From Peptococcaceae bacterium BRH_c8a (GTDB taxonomy: Bacteria > Bacillota > Desulfotomaculia > Desulfotomaculales > Desulfallaceae), in assembly GCA_000961575.1 (NCBI GenBank), contig LADP01000036.1, forward strand, positions 24,283-88,282: DNA of 64,000 nt, written 5' to 3'. The translations under genes were made by a program, and so were the position numbers. Positions 39,795 through 49,679 of this stretch are shown here, piece by piece. Below the pieces are notes generated by a model. It was not told where the DNA came from, searched no databases, and saw nothing but the letters and a program-made list of their open reading frames with translations. The stretch's first letter is position 1. Each line of letters starts with the position of its first letter.

Positions 39795-40475
39795 GTGTCT
39801 CTTGAACTATTCGGTTATAAAAACATTCACGAAAAAGTGGCACAAGAAAAAAAGTGGATGCATAATAAGTTTGCCGATTGTCCGATCAAGTATGACCCGG
39901 AGTCTGCCTGGCGCGATAATGCCGTAATCTGCCGGTTATCGCTGCTGCTGCCTTATTGTAAAACATTTGGAATTTACCAGATTTTGAATCGCGAATTTAA
40001 CGATGCTTTGGCAGGGGAAATAAAAAAACTCGACCTATGGCCGATGCTGGAAGTTGGTGCGGGTAATGGTGAACTAGCTGCCACCCTGCGTGCCAGAGGC
40101 ATTGAATTAAAAGCGGTGGATAATTATTCAGAACGTTTACCTGAAAGAACACTAAACGCCGTGCCCCAACCGGAAAAAATGGATTATCTCGAGGCACTGA
40201 GCCAATATAAGCCGAAACTGGTACTCTGCAGTTGGATGCCGGATGACGAAAACTGGAACGAAGAATTTATGGCCTGCAATTCAGTGCAAGCTTACATATT
40301 GATTGGTAATGCCGATTGGTTGCCTCGTAAAGAACCGGTGGGTTGGCGAAGCAAGGTTTTGATGGGGCCGAATAAATGGTCGCTCTGCCGACTGGACAAT
40401 GGGGTGGACTTTGAAAGACCGGATCTGTGGTGGAGACACTCTAAAGTATATATCTTTGAGAGAGATTCGATTTAA
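39795..40475 (+). CDS. Hypothetical protein with class-I SAM-methyltransferase-like motif
   Basis: The LEVGAGNGELA glycine-rich motif followed by an acidic residue (AVDN) suggests a Rossmann MTase fold. GGAGGGG SD lies before the GTG at 39795. I do not recognise the family. Confidence 0.45.
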   Translation: MSLELFGYKNIHEKVAQEKKWMHNKFADCPIKYDPESAWRDNAVICRLSLLLPYCKTFGIYQILNREFNDALAGEIKKLDLWPMLEVGAGNGELAATLRARGIELKAVDNYSERLPERTLNAVPQPEKMDYLEALSQYKPKLVLCSWMPDDENWNEEFMACNSVQAYILIGNADWLPRKEPVGWRSKVLMGPNKWSLCRLDNGVDFERPDLWWRHSKVYIFERDSI

Positions 40476-40488
40476 TCAATATTTGGAA

Positions 40489-41241
40489 TTACCAGTGAAA
40501 AAACACGCGGTGGTTGCTATTTCCGGTGTTATCCCCGTGACAAAGAAAATCGTATAGGTCTTTGACTGTTACAATGTTCTTTTCGCGCATTAACTCAAGA
40601 AATATTCCAAACAGTCTGGCTGTAAGAAGAGCGTCCCCAATGGCGGTATGGCGACCTTGCGGTTCGATGCCGTGCATATGAAGCAGCGAATCCAAATCGG
40701 TTGCACTTTCAGGCGGGTACATGGCTGTGGCAATGTTTTTGGTATCGATGATAATATTATGCACCCTGGTTTTACAAAAATATTTTAATTTGCGGTTGAT
40801 AAAGGAAAGATCCAGACCCAGGGCGTGACCAACCATTACGGTGATACCAAGAAAGTCAAGCATTTCCTTTAGCGCACTAAATATATCTTCCTCGTCGTCG
40901 GCCATGTTATTGTCGATGCCGGTTAGCAGGGTAATTTTTTCAGGTATCGGGCGGAACGGATTGACCATCCGGTGAAATTTTTCAGCGGCTATAATTTGGG
41001 CCCCAACCATCTTCACCGCGCCAAGGGAAATAATTTCATCTCCCTCGTGGGCACAAAACCCTGTGGTTTCAGTATCCACGACAGTAAAAGTAAGCTCATC
41101 CATCGGGGTATTGAGTATATTGCATTTTTTTGCTTTTTCAGCCGATTCCTTAATCGCTTTAATTATAGCCTCACCCGGCGGCGGACCGGGGTAACGGTGT
41201 TTTCCGGTTATATTTAACCTGTTAATTAGCGGGGTAAACAA
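40489..41241 (-). CDS. DEDDh 3'-5' exonuclease (DnaQ/epsilon-like)
   Basis: ExoI VVDTETTG, ExoII GHALGLDLSF, ExoIII HTAIGDAL. The TTG start is 8 nt after an AAGGAGG that overlaps the stop codon of the upstream gene. Confidence 0.8.
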   Translation of the reverse strand: MFTPLINRLNITGKHRYPGPPPGEAIIKAIKESAEKAKKCNILNTPMDELTFTVVDTETTGFCAHEGDEIISLGAVKMVGAQIIAAEKFHRMVNPFRPIPEKITLLTGIDNNMADDEEDIFSALKEMLDFLGITVMVGHALGLDLSFINRKLKYFCKTRVHNIIIDTKNIATAMYPPESATDLDSLLHMHGIEPQGRHTAIGDALLTARLFGIFLELMREKNIVTVKDLYDFLCHGDNTGNSNHRVFFHW

Positions 41242-41254
41242 TTATACTACCTCC

Positions 41255-43225
41255 TTACTGACCGAGGTAACTTAGCCAATAAATGCTAAACCTGTTGCTG
41301 GTTAACTTTTGCAGTCTGGTTACGGCCGTAAAAGCATCCTTCAATAGAGCCTGTTCTCGTTTGCTGAGCCGATGTGGGTTAACGTAATTATCTGGTTGAT
41401 GTCCTTGCTTAAATTTTTTAACATTTTCCCTGATGCGAAACATCATTAATGTTTCATAAGCTGCGCTGACCAGTTCGGCATCGTCGGGTGGGATAATTTT
41501 TTGTTCATTTAAAATTCTAATTCGATCAAAGGTGGATGTAAACGAAATCCCGTATTTAACAGCATAAACCCTAATACAATTAACTATATGGATGGCGGCG
41601 GCGTTCTTTAAATTTATTTCTCCCCTGTGCGGCCCGTGTTTATCGGTCACAAATCCTCCCAGTAGGTTTAACGGGACTTTAAACTTTATATCGTCCTGGG
41701 TTAGCAGATGGGAAACAATAACTGTTGTATCGCTGGCGGGATCAATTGTTTTTACAATGTTTTGCAGTTTGCTGACCAGGGCGCTCGAGCCATAGATATA
41801 GCGAAAATCAAGGAATATGGTTAATGCTCTGACATTTTCAGGCACACCTTTTTTCATCCATTCGTGCACGGTCTCCTGCCATCCATTAAGCGATTGACAC
41901 CAAAGTTGGTTTGAGGCCATAACACCGCCCTTGCATTTAGCAAAACCGCATTTCGCCAGGCCATTTACTATACCTGCTGCCAGTTCATGAAAATAAGCAG
42001 CCACGTTTTGAGCCTGTTGTTCATCAGGGTTGGCGTAAACAATGGCATTGTCCTGGTCGGTACGTAAAGTCATTTCGCGTCGCCCGGCACTGCCCATGTG
42101 TATCCATGCGTATTCTACGGGTGGTTTACCCCGCCCCCTGGTTATCATTTCTTTTTCACAGATTTCAATTACCTTACGGGTTAGACGATCATGCAGTTCG
42201 GTCATTATTTCCATAATTGCAGTAACTGCAGCCTTTTCAGCTACTAGGGCATAAAGCATGCTGTTTATTTGCTGCCCGATAACAACTAGTTCATCAAGGC
42301 TGTCCTTGTTGTCAATTTCACTTGTAATTAATAGGGTGCCGGTATTTCGTGCTTTAACTAAATCCATGAGGGTAACAATACCAACCAGTTTTTCACGATC
42401 TACCACGATAAGATATTTAACCTGATGCTTAATCACTGCCAGCAGGGCTTGGTTGAAAAAAGATTTAGGACTGATGGTTACCAAAGTCTGTTCCATAATA
42501 TCACCGGTAGTGTAATCCTCTATAGAAGTGATATTACCTGTCATAATGCTTTTTAGTAACCCCTTTTCTGTGATCATGCCTAAGGGTTTTAAGTTATCAT
42601 CAGCAATCACCAGCGAACTAATATTTTTCTTAAACATCATGTCAACAGCAGCCTTTACTGACTGACTGGGGTGACAGGTGAGCACCGGTGTCGACATTAT
42701 TTCGCTAACCCGCTTACTGAACAACGGGGTATCAATGCTGCTGTATGCTTCAAAAGACTGTTCGGTGACAATTTCCTCATAAAGGACACGCATGCGCTCG
42801 CTAAGGATTTGGCTAAAAAAACCAGCAAAATCAGAATGGTTATTAATCAGATGTTCAAGGTCTTTTCTGGCCAGCAAAAAGCAGGCCATTTGCTCCTTGG
42901 CCCTTACAGATGCGGGGTAGGTAAGGTTTGTGAGAACCACGGTCTCACCAAAAAAATCAAGTTGTTGGCGGAAACCGACCACAGCTTCGATTCCTTTTTC
43001 GTTCGTTACCGTTATTTCCGCTGAACCATGGCTGATAATGAATAGGCAGCGCTGGCTGGGCTCTCCTTGCTTAAAAACATAGTCGCCCGGGAAATAAACC
43101 TTTATTTTTAGTTTGGGTATTAGTTCGTTAAGTACTTCAAGGGTCAGGGAATTAAAAGGCGTAACCGATTTTAAGGTTTTGATTACGTCTGTAGTCATTT
43201 TATAATTCCTCATCCATTCCTGCAT
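41255..43225 (-). CDS. cNMP-binding / tandem CBS / DUF294 nucleotidyltransferase signal protein
   Basis: N-terminal cyclic-nucleotide-binding beta-barrel (FPGDYVFKQGEPS...FFGE) and two CBS domains, followed by a GlnD-like NTase region (GSAGRREMTLRTDQDNA) and a helical C-terminal domain. The likely start is the ATG at 43198, which is preceded by GAGGAA. Confidence 0.8.
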   Translation of the reverse strand: MQEWMRNYKMTTDVIKTLKSVTPFNSLTLEVLNELIPKLKIKVYFPGDYVFKQGEPSQRCLFIISHGSAEITVTNEKGIEAVVGFRQQLDFFGETVVLTNLTYPASVRAKEQMACFLLARKDLEHLINNHSDFAGFFSQILSERMRVLYEEIVTEQSFEAYSSIDTPLFSKRVSEIMSTPVLTCHPSQSVKAAVDMMFKKNISSLVIADDNLKPLGMITEKGLLKSIMTGNITSIEDYTTGDIMEQTLVTISPKSFFNQALLAVIKHQVKYLIVVDREKLVGIVTLMDLVKARNTGTLLITSEIDNKDSLDELVVIGQQINSMLYALVAEKAAVTAIMEIMTELHDRLTRKVIEICEKEMITRGRGKPPVEYAWIHMGSAGRREMTLRTDQDNAIVYANPDEQQAQNVAAYFHELAAGIVNGLAKCGFAKCKGGVMASNQLWCQSLNGWQETVHEWMKKGVPENVRALTIFLDFRYIYGSSALVSKLQNIVKTIDPASDTTVIVSHLLTQDDIKFKVPLNLLGGFVTDKHGPHRGEINLKNAAAIHIVNCIRVYAVKYGISFTSTFDRIRILNEQKIIPPDDAELVSAAYETLMMFRIRENVKKFKQGHQPDNYVNPHRLSKREQALLKDAFTAVTRLQKLTSNRFSIYWLSYLGQ

Positions 43226-43506
43226 ATTTTAATAAACAGTTTATTCTGAAAAATAAGTATGCTCGACCTAAGTAGATTTTCGATTTATTACCAGCAATTA
43301 TGATTTTATGATATTAAAACACCATTTTTAATAATAAGTCAAGCGGGAACCGGATGTATTAGCGTGTTTAAAGAAAATTTGGTTATACGATGCCGAGGCT
43401 GACTGCTGTCACAGAGTGTGTATTTACTGTTGCGCCACGGAATAGAAATAAATAAAGTCCAGGTGCGTTCCTTTTAAAGTAAAACCGACGACAAAAAACA
43501 AGGTAG

Positions 43507-44289
<783 letters not shown>

Positions 44290-44445
44290 TATTGTCGGGG
44301 CATTCTGTATTATGATTACTTATTCTAGATATCTTAAAATAACATAAAATATTGGTCGAAAAACAAGGATTTTATTAAATAATAAAGAAGGTTTATGCAA
44401 TATAACATAAAAAATTATAATTTCCAGTAGCGGGGAGGCAAATAT

Positions 44446-45702
44446 GTGATTGAAATAGCCGAACTGGCCAATGGGGTTACGGTACTTACGGAAAAAATCC
44501 CCCATGTGCATTCAGCGTCCATCGGTGTTTGGGTGGACGTAGGTTCTAGAGACGAGAACGATAACCAGGCCGGCGTCACGCATTTTATAGAACACCTGAT
44601 GTTTAAAGGAACACAAAGACGAAGCGCCAAGGATATAGCGGAAGAACTTGACGCTGTTGGAGGCCAGTTAAACGCATTCACCACTAAGGAATATACCTGT
44701 TATTATGCCAGAGTACTGGACGAACATTTGCCTTTGGCGGTGGATTTGCTTGGTGACATGCTCTTCCACTCCCGTTTTGATGAAGTAGATATTGACAGAG
44801 AGCGGAATGTTATCCTCGAAGAGATAAAAATGTACGAGGATGCCCCGGACGAACTGGTGCATGATATTTTTGCCGGGACTATTTGGCGTTCCCATCCGCT
44901 TGGTCGCCCTGTAATTGGTGGTGAGCAATCAGTGCGCAATCTGTCCCGGGCAGATCTACGGTCATTTTACAAACAATTTTACATTCCCGGTAACATAGTG
45001 GTGGCCGCTGCCGGCAACTTTGATCATGAGCGACTACTGGAAATGTTAAACGAGAACTTTGGCCAGTTGACAGGAGGAAAAAAAGAACGACATTTCGTTG
45101 TTCCCCAACCCAACAAGCAGGTCTTTTGTCGAACCAAAGAAACCGAGCAGGTGCACCTGTGTCTTGGTACACCCGGTCTGCCCATAGATCACGAAAAAAT
45201 ATACGTTTTTCAGCTTATTAACACCATTTTGGGTGGTGGGCTGAGCTCAAGGCTGTTTCAGGAAATCAGGGAACAGCGGGGGTTAGTTTATTCGGTATTT
45301 TCCTATCATAGCTCATATCATGATTCCGGGTTGTTTTGCGTTTACGCGGGCTTGAGTAAGGAAAACGTGCGCGAAGCGCTGGAGTTAATAGTTAAGGAGA
45401 TTAAAGACCTGCAAAAACAAGGGGTTGGCCCGGCTGAGTTGCAGCGGGTTAAAAACCAGTTAAAGGGTAACCTTTTGCTTAGCCTGGAAAGTGTTAGTAC
45501 CAGAATGAGCAGATTGGGTAAATCACAGTTATATTTAGGCAAGATAACACCCCCGGAAGAAATTGTACGTCGAATTATGGCTGTTACAAATGATGATATC
45601 ATGGAATTAACTAGAAATTTGTTGAAACCCGAAGATTTTAGCCTGGCCAGTGTTGGTCCGTGGAATGATAAAGACATATTTAGGGAAGTATCAGGTAAAT
45701 AG
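44446..45702 (+). CDS. M16-family zinc peptidase (YmxG/MlpA-like)
   Basis: HFIEHLMFKGT inverted zinc motif (HxxEH). GGGGAGG SD lies before the GTG start. Confidence 0.85.
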   Translation: MIEIAELANGVTVLTEKIPHVHSASIGVWVDVGSRDENDNQAGVTHFIEHLMFKGTQRRSAKDIAEELDAVGGQLNAFTTKEYTCYYARVLDEHLPLAVDLLGDMLFHSRFDEVDIDRERNVILEEIKMYEDAPDELVHDIFAGTIWRSHPLGRPVIGGEQSVRNLSRADLRSFYKQFYIPGNIVVAAAGNFDHERLLEMLNENFGQLTGGKKERHFVVPQPNKQVFCRTKETEQVHLCLGTPGLPIDHEKIYVFQLINTILGGGLSSRLFQEIREQRGLVYSVFSYHSSYHDSGLFCVYAGLSKENVREALELIVKEIKDLQKQGVGPAELQRVKNQLKGNLLLSLESVSTRMSRLGKSQLYLGKITPPEEIVRRIMAVTNDDIMELTRNLLKPEDFSLASVGPWNDKDIFREVSGK

Positions 45703-45726
45703 CAAGGTCATGAATGGAGAAAAATA

Positions 45727-46176
45727 ATGCGGGTCAAGTTTAAAAAGCTAAACCCGGGTATCGGAATTAATATACCGGCACCGGCTTACGCCACCGTCGG
45801 AGCTGCAGGAATTGACCTGGCGGCAGCAATCAGGGAACCGGTTGTAGTACATCCCCAGGGAAGGGCAATGATTCCCAGCGGTCTGGCGGTGGACATCCCC
45901 GACAGTGATCTAGTGGGGCTTGTTTTCCCACGCAGCGGCCTGGCAGCAAAATATGGTATCACTATGGCCAATGCCGTTGGTGTAATTGACAGCGATTACA
46001 AGGGAGAAATAATTTGCCCGGTACAAAATAACGGACAAATACCGTATGAAATAAAGCCGGGCGATAGGATAGCCCAGCTTGTATTTGTACCGGTTTTGCA
46101 AGTAGAAATTGAGTATACTGATCAACTTACAAAAAGCGACCGGGGTGATGGTGGTTTCGGTTCAACCGGTAGATAA
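45727..46176 (+). CDS. dut: dUTP diphosphatase
   Basis: GAAGIDL, PRSGLA, GVIDSDY.GE and SDRGDGGFGSTG motifs. Confidence 0.9.
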   Translation: MRVKFKKLNPGIGINIPAPAYATVGAAGIDLAAAIREPVVVHPQGRAMIPSGLAVDIPDSDLVGLVFPRSGLAAKYGITMANAVGVIDSDYKGEIICPVQNNGQIPYEIKPGDRIAQLVFVPVLQVEIEYTDQLTKSDRGDGGFGSTGR

Positions 46177-46418
46177 GGGGTTAAGCTAACAAATTTTATT
46201 ATAACTAAAACTGCATATCTACACTCATATAATATTCATATAAGCACGGATTTAATAAAACTTAAATCAACGTGCTATTTTTATTCTTTAAAAAAGTTAA
46301 CTGGCCCTATATATAGCTAGGGGTAAAAGATTAAAGTATGTTTTTGTTTACATAATTCAGCCCGTCCTAGGAATATTTTGCAAGATCATAAATATACTTT
46401 GGTACGGGAGGTGGTCAC

Positions 46419-46760
46419 ATGGAATTTGGGTTGCTGCTGTTCGTACTAATTGTTATTCTGCTGATTGTTTTATCGACCCGTGAGCGGTTACGGCTTATGT
46501 ACAGGAGGGACAAGGAGTGGGACGTTATAGGAGAGGCCAAATCGTCACCCATGTCCCGCGCACTGACAGGACTTGTGGGGACTGCCGGAGGTATTTATTT
46601 GTCTTTGGTACTGATGCAAACTTTTTTAGAATTAGAATTGCCACCGAATGTTCAAATGGGAAGTATAGCTCTGGAACCTCTGGCGGCGGCATCAATTGCC
46701 ATTGCACTATTACAACCTTTTGCCATGCGTTTTGTCAGTCTGGCAAGAAGAAGGCGTTAG
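46419..46760 (+). CDS. Hypothetical membrane protein
   Basis: 113-aa ORF with GGGAGGTGG SD and three hydrophobic segments. I do not recognise the family. Confidence 0.5.
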   Translation: MEFGLLLFVLIVILLIVLSTRERLRLMYRRDKEWDVIGEAKSSPMSRALTGLVGTAGGIYLSLVLMQTFLELELPPNVQMGSIALEPLAAASIAIALLQPFAMRFVSLARRRR

Positions 46761-46772
46761 GAGGAAAAACAT

Positions 46773-47042
46773 TTGCGAATGGCTGAACTGGCGGGAAAAG
46801 AAATAATTAACATTAACGACGGCGCTAGGTTAGGGGTGGTGGGTGAAACTGACCTGGCTATTGATGTGGAAACCGGAACAATACAATCGATTATCCTGCC
46901 GCGAAAGGGCGGTATGCTAAACTTTCTGTCCGAAAAACAGGAGTTGGTGATCCCTTGGGAAGCGGTTAAAAAGGTTGGCATGGAAGTGATTATTGTTACC
47001 CTGGACCAGGCTACTCCTAGGATGGGTAGGTATATGGTTTAA
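46773..47042 (+). CDS. ymxH: YlmC/YmxH-family (PRC-barrel) sporulation protein
   Basis: The L.GKEIININDGARLG...D..ID.ETG.I.SIILP pattern is typical of YmxH. Confidence 0.8.
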   Translation: MRMAELAGKEIININDGARLGVVGETDLAIDVETGTIQSIILPRKGGMLNFLSEKQELVIPWEAVKKVGMEVIIVTLDQATPRMGRYMV

Positions 47043-47051
47043 ATCCAAGTA

Positions 47052-47143
47052 CTCAGGAGTCAGGAGCTAGGAGAAAGAACGCAAGAACGCTTACCGTCTT
47101 GAATTATGCTGAATTTTTGACACTGAATTCTGAACACCTGAAT
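47052..47143 (+). repeat. Heptamer-array element, degenerate copy G
   Basis: TCAGGAG TCAGGAG CTAGGAG, core AAAGAACGCAAGAACGCTTACCGTCTTGAATTAT, then GCTGAAT TTTTGAC ACTGAAT TCTGAAC ACCTGAAT. The core matches copy C. Confidence 0.8.
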
Positions 47144-47231
47144 AGTTACAGTTTAATTTTAGCGGTCGGTTTAATGCTTAGATAAAGTACTCCTTTTCGG
47201 GTCATAATATGGAAAAACGGGGAGGCTGTTT

Positions 47232-48218
47232 ATGGCCCGGCCGCAAAGACTGGAGTTAATGAAAAGCATAGGCCAGAAACGTGGTTCGGTGGTTATTTCT
47301 TATGTGACTGGAGACCGTGAAAACGTTAGCACAAGGATTGCCCCGGACGTGGTGCGCATAATTTTCAGGCACCTTAAAATAATTGGTAGCAGGCCGCAAA
47401 TAGACTTGTTTTTGTATACCAGGGGTGGTGACGTCCTAACCCCGTGGCGGCTCGTGAACCTGTTTCGTGAATTTACAGATCGATTTTGTGTACTGGTGCC
47501 GTTTCGTGCTTACAGCGCCGGTACTTTGTTGTGTCTGGGTGCTGATGAAATAGTTATGGGTAAAATGGGTGAATTGGGCCCTATTGACCCCAGTGTAGTT
47601 AATGCCTTTAACCCCCAGGATCCCGCCAATGCCTGCGCCCGGCTGCCGGTTAACATTGAGGATGTATATTCTTATATGGCATTAATTGCTGAAAAAATGG
47701 GTATTCACAATGAGGAGGCTATGGCCCGGGCTTTTATGGTACTGTCCGAAAAGATTCACCCCCTGGCTTTGGGCAATGTGCACAGAAATTGGATGCTAAT
47801 CAGGTCGCTGGCTAACAAAATGCTGGGTTTGCGCAGTGGAAGACTGGCCGACGAGCAGGAACAAAACATAGTGGATTACCTGACGGAAAAACTCTATGCC
47901 CATAACCACATGATTGCCAGGCGGGAAGCCGTCGAAGAAATCGGGTTGCCAGTAGTTTATGCTGCTGACGAGCTTGATGATCTAATGTGGGATTTGCATG
48001 AAGACTTGGCCAACGAGTTAAAACTCAGGGATCCGTTTAACCCCAGTGATATATACAGAGGTGAGCGAACTGAATTTGAAGTGGCCAGTGGCATTGTTGA
48101 ATCCGAGTTTGGGACAGATTATTATATTTTTTCTGGTGCCGTAGAAAGGAAGGATTACTCGGACGGTGGGCAGATTAATGTTAATATTAACAAGCAGGGG
48201 TGGTGTACTGCCATATGA
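47232..48218 (+). CDS. SDH-family Clp-fold serine protease (SppA/ClpP-like)
   Basis: LFLYTRGGDV...VLVPFRAYSAGTLLCLGADEIVMG..GELGPIDP resembles the Clp/crotonase-fold serine proteinase family, with the nucleophile Ser in YSAGT. Recognised by eye only. Confidence 0.65.
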   Translation: MARPQRLELMKSIGQKRGSVVISYVTGDRENVSTRIAPDVVRIIFRHLKIIGSRPQIDLFLYTRGGDVLTPWRLVNLFREFTDRFCVLVPFRAYSAGTLLCLGADEIVMGKMGELGPIDPSVVNAFNPQDPANACARLPVNIEDVYSYMALIAEKMGIHNEEAMARAFMVLSEKIHPLALGNVHRNWMLIRSLANKMLGLRSGRLADEQEQNIVDYLTEKLYAHNHMIARREAVEEIGLPVVYAADELDDLMWDLHEDLANELKLRDPFNPSDIYRGERTEFEVASGIVESEFGTDYYIFSGAVERKDYSDGGQINVNINKQGWCTAI

Positions 48219-48448
48219 GTGATTATAATACCCGTAACCTATCGCAAAAGAGTGATGAACCTGTGGTGGAAAAAGACGAGCGAATTGTTACCGGTAGAAT
48301 TAATTTCAATATTGTAGGTAGAAAGTATTATGTTGTTAGCGAAAGCTCCGGTTTACCCGCAGCAGATTTTCTTTATTCGGGCGGCAATGCGCGTGGTGGC
48401 GTGATCGTGCAGCGTGATTGGGATAATTCGGGAGATATCAAAGTTTAA
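48215..48448 (+). CDS. Hypothetical 77-aa protein, ATGA-coupled to the protease gene
   Basis: The ATG at 48215 overlaps the TGA at 48216-48218. I do not recognise the family. Confidence 0.45.
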   Translation: MSDYNTRNLSQKSDEPVVEKDERIVTGRINFNIVGRKYYVVSESSGLPAADFLYSGGNARGGVIVQRDWDNSGDIKV

Positions 48449-48733
48449 ATGCTACAGTTAAAACATCTAATTTGCCCGGTAAAGGTTTTTATCTTGACAG
48501 GAATAACGAGATATAAGAAAATAAAATTTATTATAGTAATGTTCCCAATTGGTGTACATGGTGTAGCTTTGCCAAATCCCACCGGTTTAGCATCCGATTG
48601 GTGTTAAATTGGGCCGGGTTTTTGTTTCCCCGCTGCACTATTTTGGAAAAGAATTAATGAAAGGGGGTATAGCCGGTAACCGGAGGAATAAGAACAATAA
48701 TAGTTCCTCTACATTGTTAACCGGTAATCCATT

Positions 48734-49537
48734 TTGATTAAAGTAGCCATTTGTGGTGTTGCAGGAAAGATGGGCCAAGAGGTTCTCAAAACCATCGTTA
48801 ACGCTGAGGACACGGAATTATGCGCAGCCTTCGACCTTCAGTACGAGGGGCAGGACGCTGGTGTTCTGCTAGGCAAGGATGAACCCCTTGGTGTTTTTAT
48901 TACTCACAATTTAAATGAGGCTCTGGCTACGTCCGGGGCTGACGTGCTGGTAGATTTCACCCGGCCGCAGGCAGTGGCGGAAAATGTTAAAAAGGCGCTA
49001 CAGGCGGGAGTACGCCCAGTGGTTGGGACCACGGGCATGTCGAAGGAACAATTGCTGGAAGTAACTGAACTGGCGAGTCAAAAAAAATTGGGGTGCATTA
49101 TTGCCCCTAATTTTGCCATCGGGGCACTGTTAATGATTAAGTTCTCCGCTGAGGCCGTCAAGTATTTCCCCAACGTTGAAATAATAGAGAAGCACCACGA
49201 TCAGAAGCTTGACGCACCGTCCGGAACCGCTATCAAAACTGCCGAAGCGATCCTGGAGCAGCGTGGTGATTTCCGGCAGGGCCCGTTCCTGGAAGAAGAG
49301 AAAATTGAAGGGGTCAGGGGCGGCCAAACCGGCGGAAACATGCGGTTGCACAGTGTACGGCTGCCGGGATTAGTCGCTCATCAGGAAGTAATATTCGGAG
49401 GCGTGGGACAAACGCTGACTATTAAACATGATTCGATATCTAGAGAATCTTTTATGCCTGGCGTGCTAATCGCAGTTCGTGCGGTAATGCGCCTGGAAGG
49501 AGTGGTATACGGCCTGGAAAATCTTATATTTGAATAG
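48734..49537 (+). CDS. dapB: 4-hydroxy-tetrahydrodipicolinate reductase
   Basis: IKVAICGVAGKMG, DFT.P, E.HH..K.DAPSGTA signature; TTG start. Confidence 0.9.
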   Translation: MIKVAICGVAGKMGQEVLKTIVNAEDTELCAAFDLQYEGQDAGVLLGKDEPLGVFITHNLNEALATSGADVLVDFTRPQAVAENVKKALQAGVRPVVGTTGMSKEQLLEVTELASQKKLGCIIAPNFAIGALLMIKFSAEAVKYFPNVEIIEKHHDQKLDAPSGTAIKTAEAILEQRGDFRQGPFLEEEKIEGVRGGQTGGNMRLHSVRLPGLVAHQEVIFGGVGQTLTIKHDSISRESFMPGVLIAVRAVMRLEGVVYGLENLIFE

Positions 49538-49560
49538 TACTCCACTAATTTCATACAAGC

Positions 49561-49588
49561 ACCTATAAAACCGGCTCTTCATATATTA
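49561..49588 (+). promoter_or_regulatory. Possible sigma-K-type promoter for dpaAB
   Basis: AC, 17-nt spacer, CATATATTA (matches CATA---TA). The B. subtilis spoVF operon is sigma-K dependent. This is a pattern match only. Confidence 0.3.
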
Positions 49589-49598
49589 ATTTAAGTGT

Positions 49599-49636
49599 GT
49601 GTTCAAAGTGGATCTCGAGTACACTTTTTTGAACAC
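49599..49636 (+). repeat. GTGTTCAAAGTG / CACTTTTTTGAACAC hairpin (family 3 copy)
   Basis: Shares the GTGTTCAAAG...TTTGAACAC stem with 36757-36786. Lies in the dpaA leader. Confidence 0.75.
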
Positions 49637-49679
49637 CCGCTTAAGTACAGGAAGGTGAGTAGAGAGGGGTTGACCGACC

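Noticed and set aside
48449-48733. Looked for a lysine (L-box) riboswitch or attenuator in the 285-nt dapB leader, and also before asd/dapG
   Set aside because: I could find none of the conserved L-box sequence blocks I remember. Only short local inverted repeats are present (CCCAATT/AATTGGG, GAGGAA/TTCCTC), so no structure is called.
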